Assembly: GCF_000143415.4 (NCBI RefSeq)
Contig: NW_003314317.1
Span: forward strand, 788,296 to 852,295
Length of the DNA: 64,000 nucleotides
Source of the DNA: Selaginella moellendorffii
Lineage: Eukaryota > Plantae > Lycopodiophyta
Reading direction: 5' to 3'
The translations under genes and the position numbers were made by a program. Positions within the stretch are counted from its first letter, which is position 1. Every line of letters starts with the position of its first letter. Below the pieces are notes generated by a model that was not told where the DNA came from, searched no databases, and saw only the letters and a program-made list of their open reading frames with translations. Shown piece by piece: positions 32,030 through 44,279 of this stretch.

Positions 32030-32840
32030 ATTGTTAGTGGTGAGAAGAGTTCCTCTCACTGGAGGATCAATGATTCTCCCACCACTTTATTTTGAGGCAC
32101 TAAATAAGAACACTACAATGGAGATGGACTTATCTGGAAAGCGCTACAGGATCTGTTTAATTTTTTATGCATACGGATTATGGATTAAAGTGTGCATACT
32201 TTCTTTTCTCCTCTCTCTCTCTCTCGATCGAGTCGATTTATAGCTCACGACCACCATAGCTTTGCTTCGTGTAGTTTTTTCGCAAGCTTTTCTCTCTCTC
32301 TCTCTCCCTCTCTCTCTCATGTCTTTGCCTGGAACTGGAAGAAATGGTTTGCGATGCTGGATCGATCTCGCTCCATTTTTCAGGCCGAGGCTCCTGAGGT
32401 CTTGGAGCTCCGACAGAGGATAGGAGAGATTGCAAAGGACCACGAGGAGTGGGGATTCTTCCAGATCCAGAGCCAGTGACCAAGGCCTGGATTGCAAGCT
32501 CATTGCCGATTCCTTAAAAGTTTCCAACGAGTTTTTCCATCTTCGGCTGGAGGAGAAGAAGAAGCTCTCTCTGCCGGCTGGAGCTTCTGTCTAGATTGAG
32601 AATGACTGGTGTCTTTTTTTTTCCCTCTTCATAGGCCTTTTATGGTTGTCTGGGTCTCTGTGAGCTTGACAAAAGTTTTGACAAGCTCAAAGAGACCCAG
32701 ACAACCACAATCTTCTTGCTGAATCTCATCTCCCAGAGCCTGGGCCTTCCAAAGGATTTCCTCTACCAGTTCTAGGAGGACAAACTCAACGGCGTTGAGT
32801 TTGTCCTCGTAGTGCTCGTAGAGGAAGTTCTTTGGAAGGT
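32030..32840 (+). pseudogene. 2OG-Fe(II) dioxygenase fragment (3' flank fused to 5' UTR/exon 1/exon 2 pieces)
   Basis: 32030-32190 matches 43345-43490; 32200-32600 matches 41270-41710; 32590-32790 matches 42215-42390. Confidence 0.85.
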
Positions 32841-33470
32841 GAAGTAATCTCACAAAGTTTTCTCTTTTTTCGGGCTAGAGGACAATGGTATATGTTTCCA
32901 AACTGTAAAGTACTAATTCTATCTATATGCTTGCTTCAACTTAATTTTGATTCATCAGTTTCTTGCAGAAGTCGGAACCTGAGAACTATAATTTTCATCT
33001 TGACACGGTGTTTGCTGGATAGGAAGCTCCTTCCCTTTTTCACCTCGATCCAATACTGCGTCGCGCTTCTTGTCAAGTCAACTACTTAACCGAGGATGAG
33101 TGCCTGCCAAGGCTCGCACGCTTGCAAGGTCTGGAAATTTATTTCCAGCTTTCTAAAGTTTAATACAGGTGATCTTCGCACTGGCAGGCTACGATCTTAA
33201 AGACAGTGTGGATTTCGTCCAGGTATAGAGCTGGTTTTGAGATATGATCGATGAGGAAGAGAGGGTTCTTTTCTGGAGACTATCGAACTAACAAGATTTT
33301 AGCATTTCTTTGCGTCTTACATGCTTCTCGTCGTTTTTCTCTTGGGCAGGTCCGAAATCGAGCAGTTCCTCGTTTCAGTCTATCATTTAAATCTGTGGTT
33401 TTTGGTAGAGAAGAATTCATTGTTTGATTTTTGCGGAGCACGCGGAGAAGAAAATCCTCAAAGTTTTCCC
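32840..33470 (+). pseudogene. Second fragmented copy of the NSE6/CANIN-like gene
   Basis: gtaatctcacaaagtt, gaagtcggaacctgagaa, ccgaggatgagtg and gtccgaaatcgagcag match 24858-26460. Confidence 0.85.
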
Positions 33471-34730
33471 ATTCAATGAAAATCCTGGAACAAAGGTGCA
33501 GCACAAATTGAATATTCTCCTAACGTCATATGCCCAAAGGTTCAGTGGTCCAAATCCCTCTTTGAATCCATGGAGCTGCTTAAGCGGCTGCGTCGATCAC
33601 GCGGAGCAAGCGTTTCTATCGATGCCAGGGCGAATATCGTCTCCTGGACGACGATGATCACGGCATTCGCTAGCGCTGGCCGGATGGAAACGGCCGCTGA
33701 TTTTTTCTTGAGGATGCCCGTGTCGTGGAACTCGCTCTTCCAGGCCTATGCCCGCGCCAGCGCCGTCTTGCACTGGATGCCGGAGCGCAGTACTGTCTCC
33801 TGGACGGCGATGATGGATCTTGTCGCAAAGACCGCAATGCCGGAGCTGATTTTCGACGCGATGCCGCAGCAAAATCCCACCGCCTGGAACGCGATCGAGG
33901 CGGCGCTAGCGGGCGGTGGCAGGATTGATCGAGCGGAGGGGATTATCGAGAGAATGCCGCAGCAAGGAGCCGCGCCATGGACCTGTGTCATCGTAGCAAC
34001 CACTGTCCGGCCGATTGATCCGCGCCAAGGAGCTCTTCGATGCATTGCCGTGCCGGGATCTTGTTTGCTGGGCGGTGATGATCTCCTCATTCGCTCACCA
34101 CGGCCGCCTGGAATCCTTCAAGAACACACGCGCGGATGCCCCAGTGGAATCTCGGCGTGGAAGCCTATGTAAGGTGACGCTAGTAACAACGGCCTAGTGA
34201 CGCTAGTAACAATGCCCGAGTGCTGACGTGGGCGTGCGGAGGAGGAGAAAAGCGATAGGCGTTAAGTGTGAACACATGAAGTGTTTTATAGTGTGTTCTT
34301 GTGCTTTAGAAATTAATCTCTCTTGGTTTCTTTGCTTGTGTCCGTGAATGGAGAGTCGGACCACTACAGCGATGCTCTTAGCATATACTCTAGCCGGACG
34401 CGTGGCGCAAGCCCAGTGGTTGTTCAATCAGCTGACCAACCGTATTTCCGCCATGGCGACGCGTACGGCGCGGAGAGGATGATTTGGCGAGAGTAAGCCG
34501 CGAAAAGAGGCGGTAAATGTCTTCTCTCGAATGCCTCACAGAGACGCGGCGCTGCCGCAAACGCAATGATCGTCGCAAGCGCCGCGAATGGGCATTTGGA
34601 CATGGCGGAGCGGCTCTTTCCTGGGCTCCAATTTCGCCACGATCTCACTCCTGGAACGCGATGATGAGCGAGGGATATGCTCGCAATGGCCGGGTTGCAA
34701 ACGATGGAGCTGCGATGGAGCCCTAGGGCT
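33470..34730 (+). pseudogene. PPR pseudogene (inverted, deleted copy of 28492-30318)
   Basis: Shares NIVSWTTMITAFASAGRMETAAD... and GGRIDRAEGIIERMPQQGAAPWTCVIV, with frameshifts, deletions and an insertion. Confidence 0.9.
34168..34368. mobile_element. 201-bp TG...CA insertion (short solo-LTR/TRIM-like)
   Basis: Absent from the parent PPR. Begins TGTAAG, ends ACTACA, and has an internal repeat gtgacgctagtaacaa x2. The TSD is not clean. Confidence 0.6.
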
Positions 34731-34744
34731 TTCCCTCTGTTAAC

Positions 34745-35795
34745 TTTATGTTGTACATTTAAATCACCTCAACTTATGCATATAGATTGTTATTTGATCA
34801 AAGACCTTGATCCACAATCCATATGCATAGAAAATTAAACAGATCTTGTAGCGCTCTCCAGATGAGTCCATCTCCATTGCAGTGTTCTTATTTAGTGCCT
34901 CCGATCAAAGTGGTGGGACAATCTTTGATAGAAAGATCTCACCACTGCTAAAGTTCAGTAAAACTCAATCTATGTTATGCTCTAGTCAAAAGTTGAATAG
35001 TTCCAAGCTCAAGCATAGCCGTCAACTTTTTCTTATGTCATGTTAGATTTAGAACATTGCCCAGCTTCCGTCAACTTTTCGTAAACTTAGTAAGCAATAG
35101 GAAAACGCTTTCTTACTTTTTTTTGTTCTTGTCTTTTATATTGCGTAGTATTTGATGGTGATTTCCTCTGAGTTGGGACCTCCAACCTTCTTGTTCTCGA
35201 ATCTGACCATAATGTATTCGCCGTATCGAAACTCTTGGTGCTTGTTGACACTTACAGTGAGCTGCGGGAGTGGGCATACTTGAGTGGTGACTCTGGGAAC
35301 GCACGAAAAAGAAAAAGAGCAGCGAGTTCCATCACGTAATGTAAGACAGTCTTCTAGCGACCGTTGCTCCACACCTGTGAAACTCTAATCCAGAAAGTCG
35401 AACAAAGAACAATCGAAGAACACCAGGAACTTTCGAACTTGCTGAACGAATAGGCATCTAAAGCAAGAAGTAAGAACTTATATCCGTCACAAAGAGAACA
35501 TTCAAGAGCATCAAGAACACCAATCGATCGAAGAAGAATTTCGAGCTTGTGCTGAAAGAACAGGCATAGGAACGAATGGGACGAGTATATCAGAACCATG
35601 AAAACAGATTTTACCAGGACTATATCACCAACGTTGACAACAAGGCAGTTTGGTCAAGGCCGGATGATGATCCACTTATCATCCTTGAGGATTTGGAGGC
35701 CTTCTACCTCGCTTTGTGCAACAACGCGGAGGATGTTCCCGTCCTGGTGCTTGGACAGGCCGATCTCGTCGGTGGAGTGAGACGGGGGATACTGG
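34745..35795 (-). pseudogene. 2OG-Fe(II) dioxygenase pseudogene, 3' half plus 3' flank
   Basis: PPSHSTDEIGLSKHQDGNIL and EFRYGEY..VRFENKKVGGPNSEEITIKYYAI; matches 42395-43540 in reverse. Confidence 0.9.
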
Positions 35796-35809
35796 ATCAT
35801 TATCAAAGA

Positions 35810-36012
35810 CCCGGCCGAATCACTTTGCCGCGCAATCAAGAAAAGAAGCCGTTCCTTGCGATGCCTCGATCGATCCAGAACAATGCGGGACCTCACCTCA
35901 CGAATCATTGAGTCGTGGCCGCCAGCGGCGCCTTTGGAATCGCGGAGTAAAATGTGTTTTTAGGGTGGTGAGAGACGTTGGCGATGCTCCAGGAGCAGCA
36001 GCCGCAGCTAGC
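35810..36012 (-). pseudogene. Fragment of the RPN2 / NSE6-like head-to-head junction
   Basis: ccgaatcactttgccgcgc...gacctcacctc...ggcgatgctccaggagcagcagccgcagct is the reverse complement of 24283-24580. Confidence 0.8.
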
Positions 36013-37009
36013 TACAGGGCCTCTAACACAATGTAACGGCGTGGACACGTTTGCTGTCCAGCAGCTCGTGGTACTGAGCCTTTCTTCGACGGTGGCCCCA
36101 TGTATTATAACGCCAAGATCTTGTTCGGGTTACTGAATTGGAGCGATCATGAGCTTGCGCATGCTATACTAAATCTTCCGTGGGAATGATCTCTTCTGGA
36201 AATGAGCAGCTTTGAGAAGGCTTCGAATATAGTCTGGCTACCTTCGCCTGCGAGGAAAGAGGATAGACCGGAATACAACATGTTTTGTTCCCGTATATAG
36301 TACCACATTTTTGTATATTCCTCAGAATCCCGGAGACCGAGCCAGATTGAGGCCGGAAAGGCGAGCCTTTTTTGCTCTGGTCCTCATTTTCCTGGAAAAA
36401 TACACAACAACTTGTTGCACGATGCAAATGAAAAGCCAAAGCTTACTGAGTGCAGCCAAGAAATCTGATCAATGACAATCTAAAATGCAGCTCGCGGGAC
36501 GCTTGCAGAGGAGAAGCAGTGAGCTCGATCGATCGATTCGGCAATAGAACCCTGGCTCAGAGCTTCTGAAGGCGTTGCCTGTCAAGAAATCTGATCAATG
36601 ACAATTCAAAATGCAGCTCGCAGGACGATTACAAAGGATTTGGAGGCGCCGCGAACTCGATCTAGCGATTCCAAAGGCTTTTCAACCAAGTTGTGTTCGA
36701 TTCCTGTTTCGTGAGCGTGATAGGACGTGTCCTTCGCGAACCAGCTGCGCCCATGTCCTACTCCACTGCACCGGCAGATCGCCGATCGATTGCGGGAATC
36801 TCATCGTACAAATATATGGCGATCTGGTATCTCTGGCTCCACGGATCGGCCCAAATTGATCGGGCTCCTCGAGGGCGCTTGGCGAGATCCTCGGGGACGC
36901 GCACCTCGGGGCTGGGCCGCATTCCTCAAGTCGGTAATAATATTCCAGGCAGAGGCAGCGCTCAGATCTTTTGCCAAAGGACACTGATTCGAGTCAAAAT
37001 ATATCAATT

Positions 37010-40000
37010 ACTAAATGCATAAATGCATATAAAGATTATGAATTATAGAATTGATTTTATAATTCCAATCAATGACGTTTATAATACCTTTATCATAATT
37101 TAGTAATGAAAAGATTTCTTGACGATTTAATAATGAAAGATTTTCCTACATTTTATAGTATTTTTAAATTCAAAATACTTTTTAAGTATAATTAAAAATA
37201 TAAAATAAAATCAAAAGGTCAAATTCTAGCTATCACCATTTCTATTTTTATTCAAATGAATCTTTTTTTCATATGTTTGTTCTTTTCAATTTGCTCCTTT
37301 TACTTTTCTTTCCCAATCCTAAGAAATATTATATGTGTTTGTTTATTTTGAGTGGGTGTTGTTGAAGCCATCTTTATTCTAATAGTTTAGAAAGTATTTA
37401 AGAATTTAAATATATAATTAATATTTGTAAATTAATGCACATTATTAAACTATTTATCACATGTTAGTTTGTTGCTTTGTTCATCACTGTATTTATAATA
37501 ATTTATGATTTTATTGTTTTTAATTAATTTTAAGCTTCTAAAACTATGTAGTAATTCTATAAATTTATTTCAAAGAAGATATCATTTACCTTTAACTCAT
37601 AAATTTATTTATTTCAAGTGTATAATTCTAGGTGTCAACTTAATAAAGAGATATATAGCTACAAAGAATAAAATATAATATTCAAGAAAATTAATATTAT
37701 ATTTTATAGTTATATAAAAAATCTTTAAATAAATTTATATTGTTATATATGGAACTAAATCTAATCTATCTATACTTCTATATAAGCAACAGTATAAACC
37801 CCAATAAATATATCTATTCTTATATCCTAAACATTCACATTAGTGGTGATGAGGGCATTGTGATTTATTCTTTGAAGAGCAAATTTTTTTGGCAATACTT
37901 TGCTTTAGTGATCAGAATTGTGTTTTTATTTTTATTCCTTCATTCTCTTTTAAATTTACATCTATATTAACTTTATGCAAGATTTATAATTTTAGCTATC
38001 ACTATACTTAGATTTGTTCTTCTTTTTTATATTCATTGCATTGCCTTCTTCTGCTATATTATGCTATCATTGATTAAAGAATATATCACTTAAGGCTATT
38101 AATACTATTTTGTTGGATTGAGCTTTTGGCATAATGGGGCATGATCATATTGCTGTTGCACTTATCCTTGATGTATTACCATCTTTAGCTTTTGTGGGAC
38201 ATGATTAAATAACTTTACTATTCTTGATGTTTGTCATCTCCCATTGATGTGGATTATGATCATGATATTGATTGAAGAACTATAAATGATGTAGTTTAGC
38301 TTTTGGAAAATGTTCAAAGATTAAATTTATGGGAAAACAATTTTTACAAGCTTGAATGATTCTAGATTGTGATGAAAAGTTTAATTATTATGAAGATAGT
38401 TTTAAAGATAAAATAAAGATTTTGTGGAGTAAATGTTAATCCTTTAATCTATTATTTGATAGTTTTTCTTTACCATTTACATTTTCCCAACCTTTTTCTT
38501 ATTTCTCACCTAACCCACCTTCTTATGTTCCTAGTGTTTCATCTTCATTTATAGTGTTTTCTTCTCCTAACATATCAATTATTTGTGACTTTTATAATTT
38601 TTATTCTCATTCTTAGTCTAGTATTGAGTTGAATATTTTTTGTCATCTTTATACTAATTTAGATATTAAGTATATACATGAAGTTAAAATTTTTGTTTTG
38701 TTTCATTGATAAAGTATTTAATCAATTCTAGTGTTGAGTATTCCCATGTTCCAAGGCTGAATTACTTTAGTGAATGTTCTGAGTTAAATATGTGTCCCCA
38801 CTTGTGAATCCCACTAAAAGCTTTTGCTTTACCATTATTGCTAAAAAGTTTATATATTCTCGTGAGAGTGTAGACATTTTTATTCATAAAGGTTTAAACA
38901 TAGAAGGAAAAGGCTCATGAACAAAAGTAAATTTTCCCATCTTAAATATAGAATTATGTATTAAGATGGTTGAGTAGTGTAAACATTTTATTTATATTGT
39001 AGTGGCTAAAGTATTTTATAACAAGAAGTCCCTTATTTTCCAAGCTTTGAGCATATATCTTGTTTATTTCCCCATTTTTGCATTGATAGTTATTGAAAAA
39101 AGTTTTTTAAATGTTTTTTCATCCACTTTTTCTCCTTCCACAATATTTATTCTTTAATTTTTTTTGTTTCTTCTCTTTGCTTTAATTTTTTAAACTTTTT
39201 TTTTCTTTGGAAGAAGGGGTAGAGGTGATAAACCCTGATAATGGAGTGAGGATAAGCAAATACAATGAACAAATGACATGGTTTGTGAAATGAGGATGAA
39301 TATAACAAGTTTGAATGGAATATTTAACCTTGATATAATGAGGCCAAATGGATGCAACAGTGAAGTGAGGTTAAATATAAATAGTAGAGTGCGAATGAGT
39401 GTAGCAAGTCAAAACAAAACTAATGCATTAGAAGGATAAGAAAAATATAGAGAATTGACAAAGTGAGTTTAACCTTCATATATATTGCTAAATGAGAACA
39501 AATGTCGTAACTCTAAGTTAACATAAATCTTAAATATTAACCAAAGGGAAGATACAAAGATGAGTTCTATTTATAATTGTGAGTTTGAAGTAATAGTGGT
39601 TTTGAAGGATTGTCAGTGAGCAAATGTATTATTTATTACAATAGTGCTTTATGAATTGCAATGGCTTTTGAAGTTTTTTGTTTCAATTCAAAGTTATAAT
39701 TTCAAGGTTGGTTTAAGCATTTGCTAGTTGCATACAGAATTGCAATTGGTTTATCAAGAGTTTATAATCAATTGATACTTATGCCATAATTTTAGGTTTC
39801 ATTTATCAACAACTATATTAATATCTATGGGAGTTTTGGATTTTTATAGTAAGTTCATATTTGTCCAGCAAAAACATTAGATATTCCACTTGATTTATTA
39901 TCATCACTTTTTCATCTTTCAAAGAAAAGGATGGTTAAGGTCTATATATATATATATAACCCTACCTAAATCATATGCTAATTATAGTTTATAAACTATT

Positions 40001-40690
40001 CCTTTGGATTGAATATAGTCTATCCATACTTGTATATAAGTTAGGGTCTAAACCCCAATTAATATAACTATTTCTATATCCCACTCATAATATGTATTTT
40101 AAATTATACTATTTTAGTTAAGTTTAATAAAAAATTTGATATTAATTTTAAAATTTATTTGTGTATAGATATTGTTGTAAGTTATCTATACTTTCTGAAA
40201 GTATAACTTTAAACTTTATTATTTTTATTCTTTAATAATCATGGTGTTTCTTCTTATTTGAGTTATATGATTTAAGACATTATTAAGGTATAAAGCAGCA
40301 AAACAAAAAATTTATTGACTATCCTTCTATACTGAAAATGTAGTGGACTCTTTTATTATATACACATTTAAATTAATATTACAAAGTTTATATATAAAAT
40401 ATTAAAATTAATTGTTGGTATTTTTATTTTTATTAAAATATCATAAAAAAACATTTATGGTGTTGTTACTAAAGAAGACACAACTTTAGTTGGTACACCT
40501 AGGAGGTATTATGTTTTTTATGTGGCTAGAAGGTGTAAATAAATAATAATATTTATTTTCTATTAGTTTTTATTTTAAAAATAACTTAAATTAATTTAAA
40601 AATTTAAAGTAGATTAATGTAATTTATTTCTAATAATGTTTTTGGAAAGAATAATATTGAGAATCTTGAATTTGTAAATTAAAATAGAAA
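37010..40690. mobile_element. AT-rich degenerate repeat island
   Basis: 37740-38460 aligns in inverted orientation with 54900-55160 + 56288-56760. Related short segments lie at 37740-37830 and 39945-40090. Confidence 0.6.
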
Positions 40691-41282
40691 AAGTTCATGC
40701 TACTTCTAAAATGGTAATATGAATCTTGTTGCAATGATGCTTGGAAGCAATCAAAGCGCAGTCGGCGGGCCAATCTTTACACCAGGATAATCGAATCTCA
40801 TGATCCCGGTGAGGAACAAGCATATATGCTCGAGCACAGTGGGGTACTTTCCAAAATTTCACCACCCACGGACACACGACACACGACACGAATAAGAAGC
40901 AGGGATCCAAGTTGAGAATCGCAGGCTTTGGTTTTGTATTGTTTTCTTTCCCCCAGGGACAACACGCAAACAAAAATGTGTTTATTTTGGCCTTCCAGTG
41001 TCCTGGGAAAGAAAAAGAATGCGCACAGCAATGGGTCAGCGAGAGAGAGCGGACGGTATGAGCCACCAGACGTGGCGATTCCTTGGCCGTCCGCTGGGGG
41101 TTTTCCCACCGTCCATTGCTCTTTTCCTTTCCCCTTTAATTTTTTCCGGCATCGCAGCTGTAATGCATGATTTCCAAGAAGGCGGTCTCTCGAGTATGTC
41201 CACCGGACGAAGAAGATCGCATTTCTTTTGAGCAATGAATTCTACGCCTCTCGTGGTGCCGGGTAAGCCCCAGCTTTTCTTT

Positions 41283-41286
<4 letters not shown>

Positions 41287-41320
<34 letters not shown>

Positions 41321-41386
41321 TGAGTCGATTTATAGCTCGCGAGTCGCGACCACCATAGCTTTGCTTCGTGTAGTTCTTTCACAAGC

Positions 41387-41422
<36 letters not shown>

Positions 41423-41432
41423 TCTCTCTCTC
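41287..41432 (+). repeat. (CT)n tracts in the 2OGD 5' region
   Basis: Seen directly. Confidence 0.9.
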
Positions 41433-41461
41433 TGATCTCTCTGTGTCTAGAACTGGAAGAA

Positions 41462-43179
41462 ATGGTTTGCGATGCTGGAATTCCACTGATCGATCTCGCT
41501 CCATTTTTCCAGGCCGAGGCTCCCGAGGTCTTGGAGCTCCGACGCCAGAGGATAGGAGAGATTGGAAATGCCTGCGAGGAGTGGGGATTCTTCCAGGTCC
41601 AGAACCACGGCCTGGATAGCAAGCTCATTACCGATTCCTTGAAAGTTTCCAGCGAGTTTTTCGATCTTCCGCTGGAGGAGAAGAGGAAGCTCTCGCTGCC
41701 GGCTGGAGTTTCGCCTGTCCCGATTGGATTTTGCTGTGATAGTGGCCTGGATGACAAGGTGGAGAACAAGGAACATATGTTCTTCTTTGCCGAGGATGGG
41801 AAGAAGGCGACCAAAAATGGTGGTAGCTACGCTCAATACAATGTCTGGCCTGACACTCCAGCGAGCTACAAGTAAGCAAAAAATGTCTCTTCCATTTTCT
41901 TTCTGGTCCACCATCTTTTTTCTCTATTCTTCTCGATTCTTCTCTTTTGTTTTGGTTGCTTCATGCTGTTTGATTGTTCGTGGAGTTCTCGCTTAAACTA
42001 TTCTTGTTGCTCGCTCGATCAATCTCTACCTTCTCATTTTTTAGTCTGGATTCTATGAGCGTGGGATGATGTTGTCATTTGCTTTTAGTTTTTTTTTCTT
42101 CTCTCTGTAGATAGATTATAAAGCTTCGCTTCGCTTTCTTCTTCTCTCTCGTCTCATCACGCTCACAGATATATTTTCCGGTTTCTGTTCTCTTTTTCCA
42201 CAGTTTTCGTACTGTCTAGATTGAGAATGACTGGTTGTCTGGTTGTTTTTCCTCTCTTCATAGGCCTATTATCAAGGACAGGCTTCTCAAGGAGACCCAA
42301 ACAACCGCAATCTTCTTGCTGAGCCTCATCTCCCAGAGCCTGGGCCTTTCAAAGGACTTCCTTTATGAGCACTACGAGGACAAACTCAACGCTTTGATAA
42401 TGCTCCACTATCCCCCGTCTCACTCCACCGACGAGATCGGCCTGTCCAAGCACCAGGACGGGAACATCCTCAGCGTTGTCGCACAGAGCGAGGTGGAAGG
42501 CCTCCAAATCCTCAAGGATGATAAGTGGATCACCATCCAGCCGCGACCAAACTGCCTTGTTGTCAACGTTGGTGATATAGTCCAGGTAAAATCTGCATAT
42601 GTGTCAAGCATAGTAATCAGGAAATCCCTTGATCCAATTCGATTCATGTTTTCATGGTTCTGATATGCTCTTCCCGTTCGTTCATATGCCTGCAGCACAA
42701 GCTCGAAAGTTCTTTGTTCTTCTTCGATCGATTGGTGTTCTTGATGCTCTTGAATGTTCTCTTTGTGATCATATCTCCTACGTGACGTGTTGTGGATATA
42801 AGTTCTTAGTTCTTGCTAGATGCATATTCGTTCAGAAAATTCGAAAGTTCTTGGTGCTCTTCGATTGTTCTTTCTGGATTAGAGTTTGATGCTTAAGTAT
42901 TCAGATATTTTCACACAGGTGTGGAGCAACGATCGCTACAAGAGTGTCTTACACCGCGTAATCAACAACAAGGCAGGGACTCGCTACTCTTTTTCTTTTT
43001 CGTGCGTTCCCGGAGTCACCACTCAAGTATGCCCACTGCCGCAGTTCACTGCAGGTGTCAACGAGCCGCCCAAGTACCGAGAGTTTCGATACGGCGAATA
43101 CATGATGTTCAGATTCGAAAACAAGAAGGTTGGAGGTCCCAACTCAGAGGAAATCACCATCAAATACTACGCAATATAA
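41462..43179 (+). CDS. 2-oxoglutarate/Fe(II)-dependent dioxygenase (DOXC type), exons 41462-41871, 42264-42585, 42919-43179
   Basis: IPLIDL...IGNACEEWGFFQVQNHG...EFFDLPLEEK; HYPP...GLSKHQDGNIL (HxD); EVEGLQI; VVNVGDIVQ|VWSNDRYKSVLHRV...RYS. Splice phases are consistent. Confidence 0.95.
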
Positions 43180-43599
43180 AAGAAAAGAGTAAGAAAGCGG
43201 TTTCTAATTACTAAGTTTAAGAAAAGTTGACAGCTGGGAATGTTCTAAATCGGACATGACATAAGAAAACGTTGACGGCTATGCTTGATCTTGGAACTAT
43301 TCCACTTTTTACTAGGGCATAACATAGATTTGTGTTCTGCTAAACTTTAGCAGTGGGGAGAAGATCCATAATCTGGATTCCTCTCACTTTGTTTGGAGGC
43401 AGTAAATAAGAACACTGCAATGGAAATGGACTCATCTACAAAGTGCTATAGAATCTGTTTAACTTTTTATGCATATGGATTATGAATCTTCAAATAACAA
43501 TCTATAGGCACGGAAGATTGCAGCCTGGTGATGATTAAAATTTACAACATTGCTAAAAGTCAGATTAAGTTAATCTTGGCTCCAAACCAAAGAGTTTTG

Positions 43600-44275
43600 T
43601 AGAGGGAAAGAGGTTTTAGAAATGCCAACGGTGGAGCTAGATGAGAGCTCCCTGCTGGACGTCTTCACCAAGGTGGGCAATGCACAGCAGCTCGCGATAT
43701 TCACTGGCGTGCAAGCAACGGTGGCAGCTGCGCAGGGCCACACTTCGAATTTGATTGAGGTTAGTGGCAGGGAGGAGCTGAGGGGCTCTGAGGATGCCAT
43801 CTCCCCAAGTACAAGGCTGCCGGCTCAAGGAGCTCAGAGTCGTTAGCGGAAACGTGACCAGGTTGAAGCTAACGGTTACCGGCTTGCCTGGGCTGCTGAC
43901 TACCTTCAATGCTTTCCCTCGAAGCTTGGGAATCATGGGGACCGTTGAAGAATCCTGTTTGGTCGACACCTCTCGGCTCTGGTCTCATCCAGGTCTTCAC
44001 CAGCGAGCAAAAGATGACCATGGACAATTGGTTTGGCTGCGTGGATGTTGATTCTTTTCTTTCCAATGGTGTTGCACTCAATGGGAGTTTCGTCTTCTTA
44101 CCAATGGTGTTGCAGTCATTTTGGGGGTGTCTCAAAGTGCAAGGACTTAACTACTACACCCAACGCAATGGTTCTCAGGGATTTACTTGAAGATCATCAA
44201 GTCAAAGAGCTTGTGATTCACTGCAAGAAGATAGAATGTCTAGTTAGCAAACAAGTGAGAAACATAAACCTATAA
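43600..44275 (+). pseudogene. Frameshifted coding-like remnant of unknown family (possibly F-box-associated LRR type)
   Basis: GC-richer segment whose protein-like text (LKELRVVSGNVTRLKL..., VKELVIHC) is split over three frames. Confidence 0.3.
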
Positions 44276-44279
44276 ACCA

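Larger units (their letters stand above)
28730..34730. repeat. Inverted duplication: arms ~28730-31460 and ~32190-34730 with an AT-rich spacer
   Basis: The order 2OGD fragment > CANIN fragment > PPR is mirrored on both sides of 31460-32190. Confidence 0.85.
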
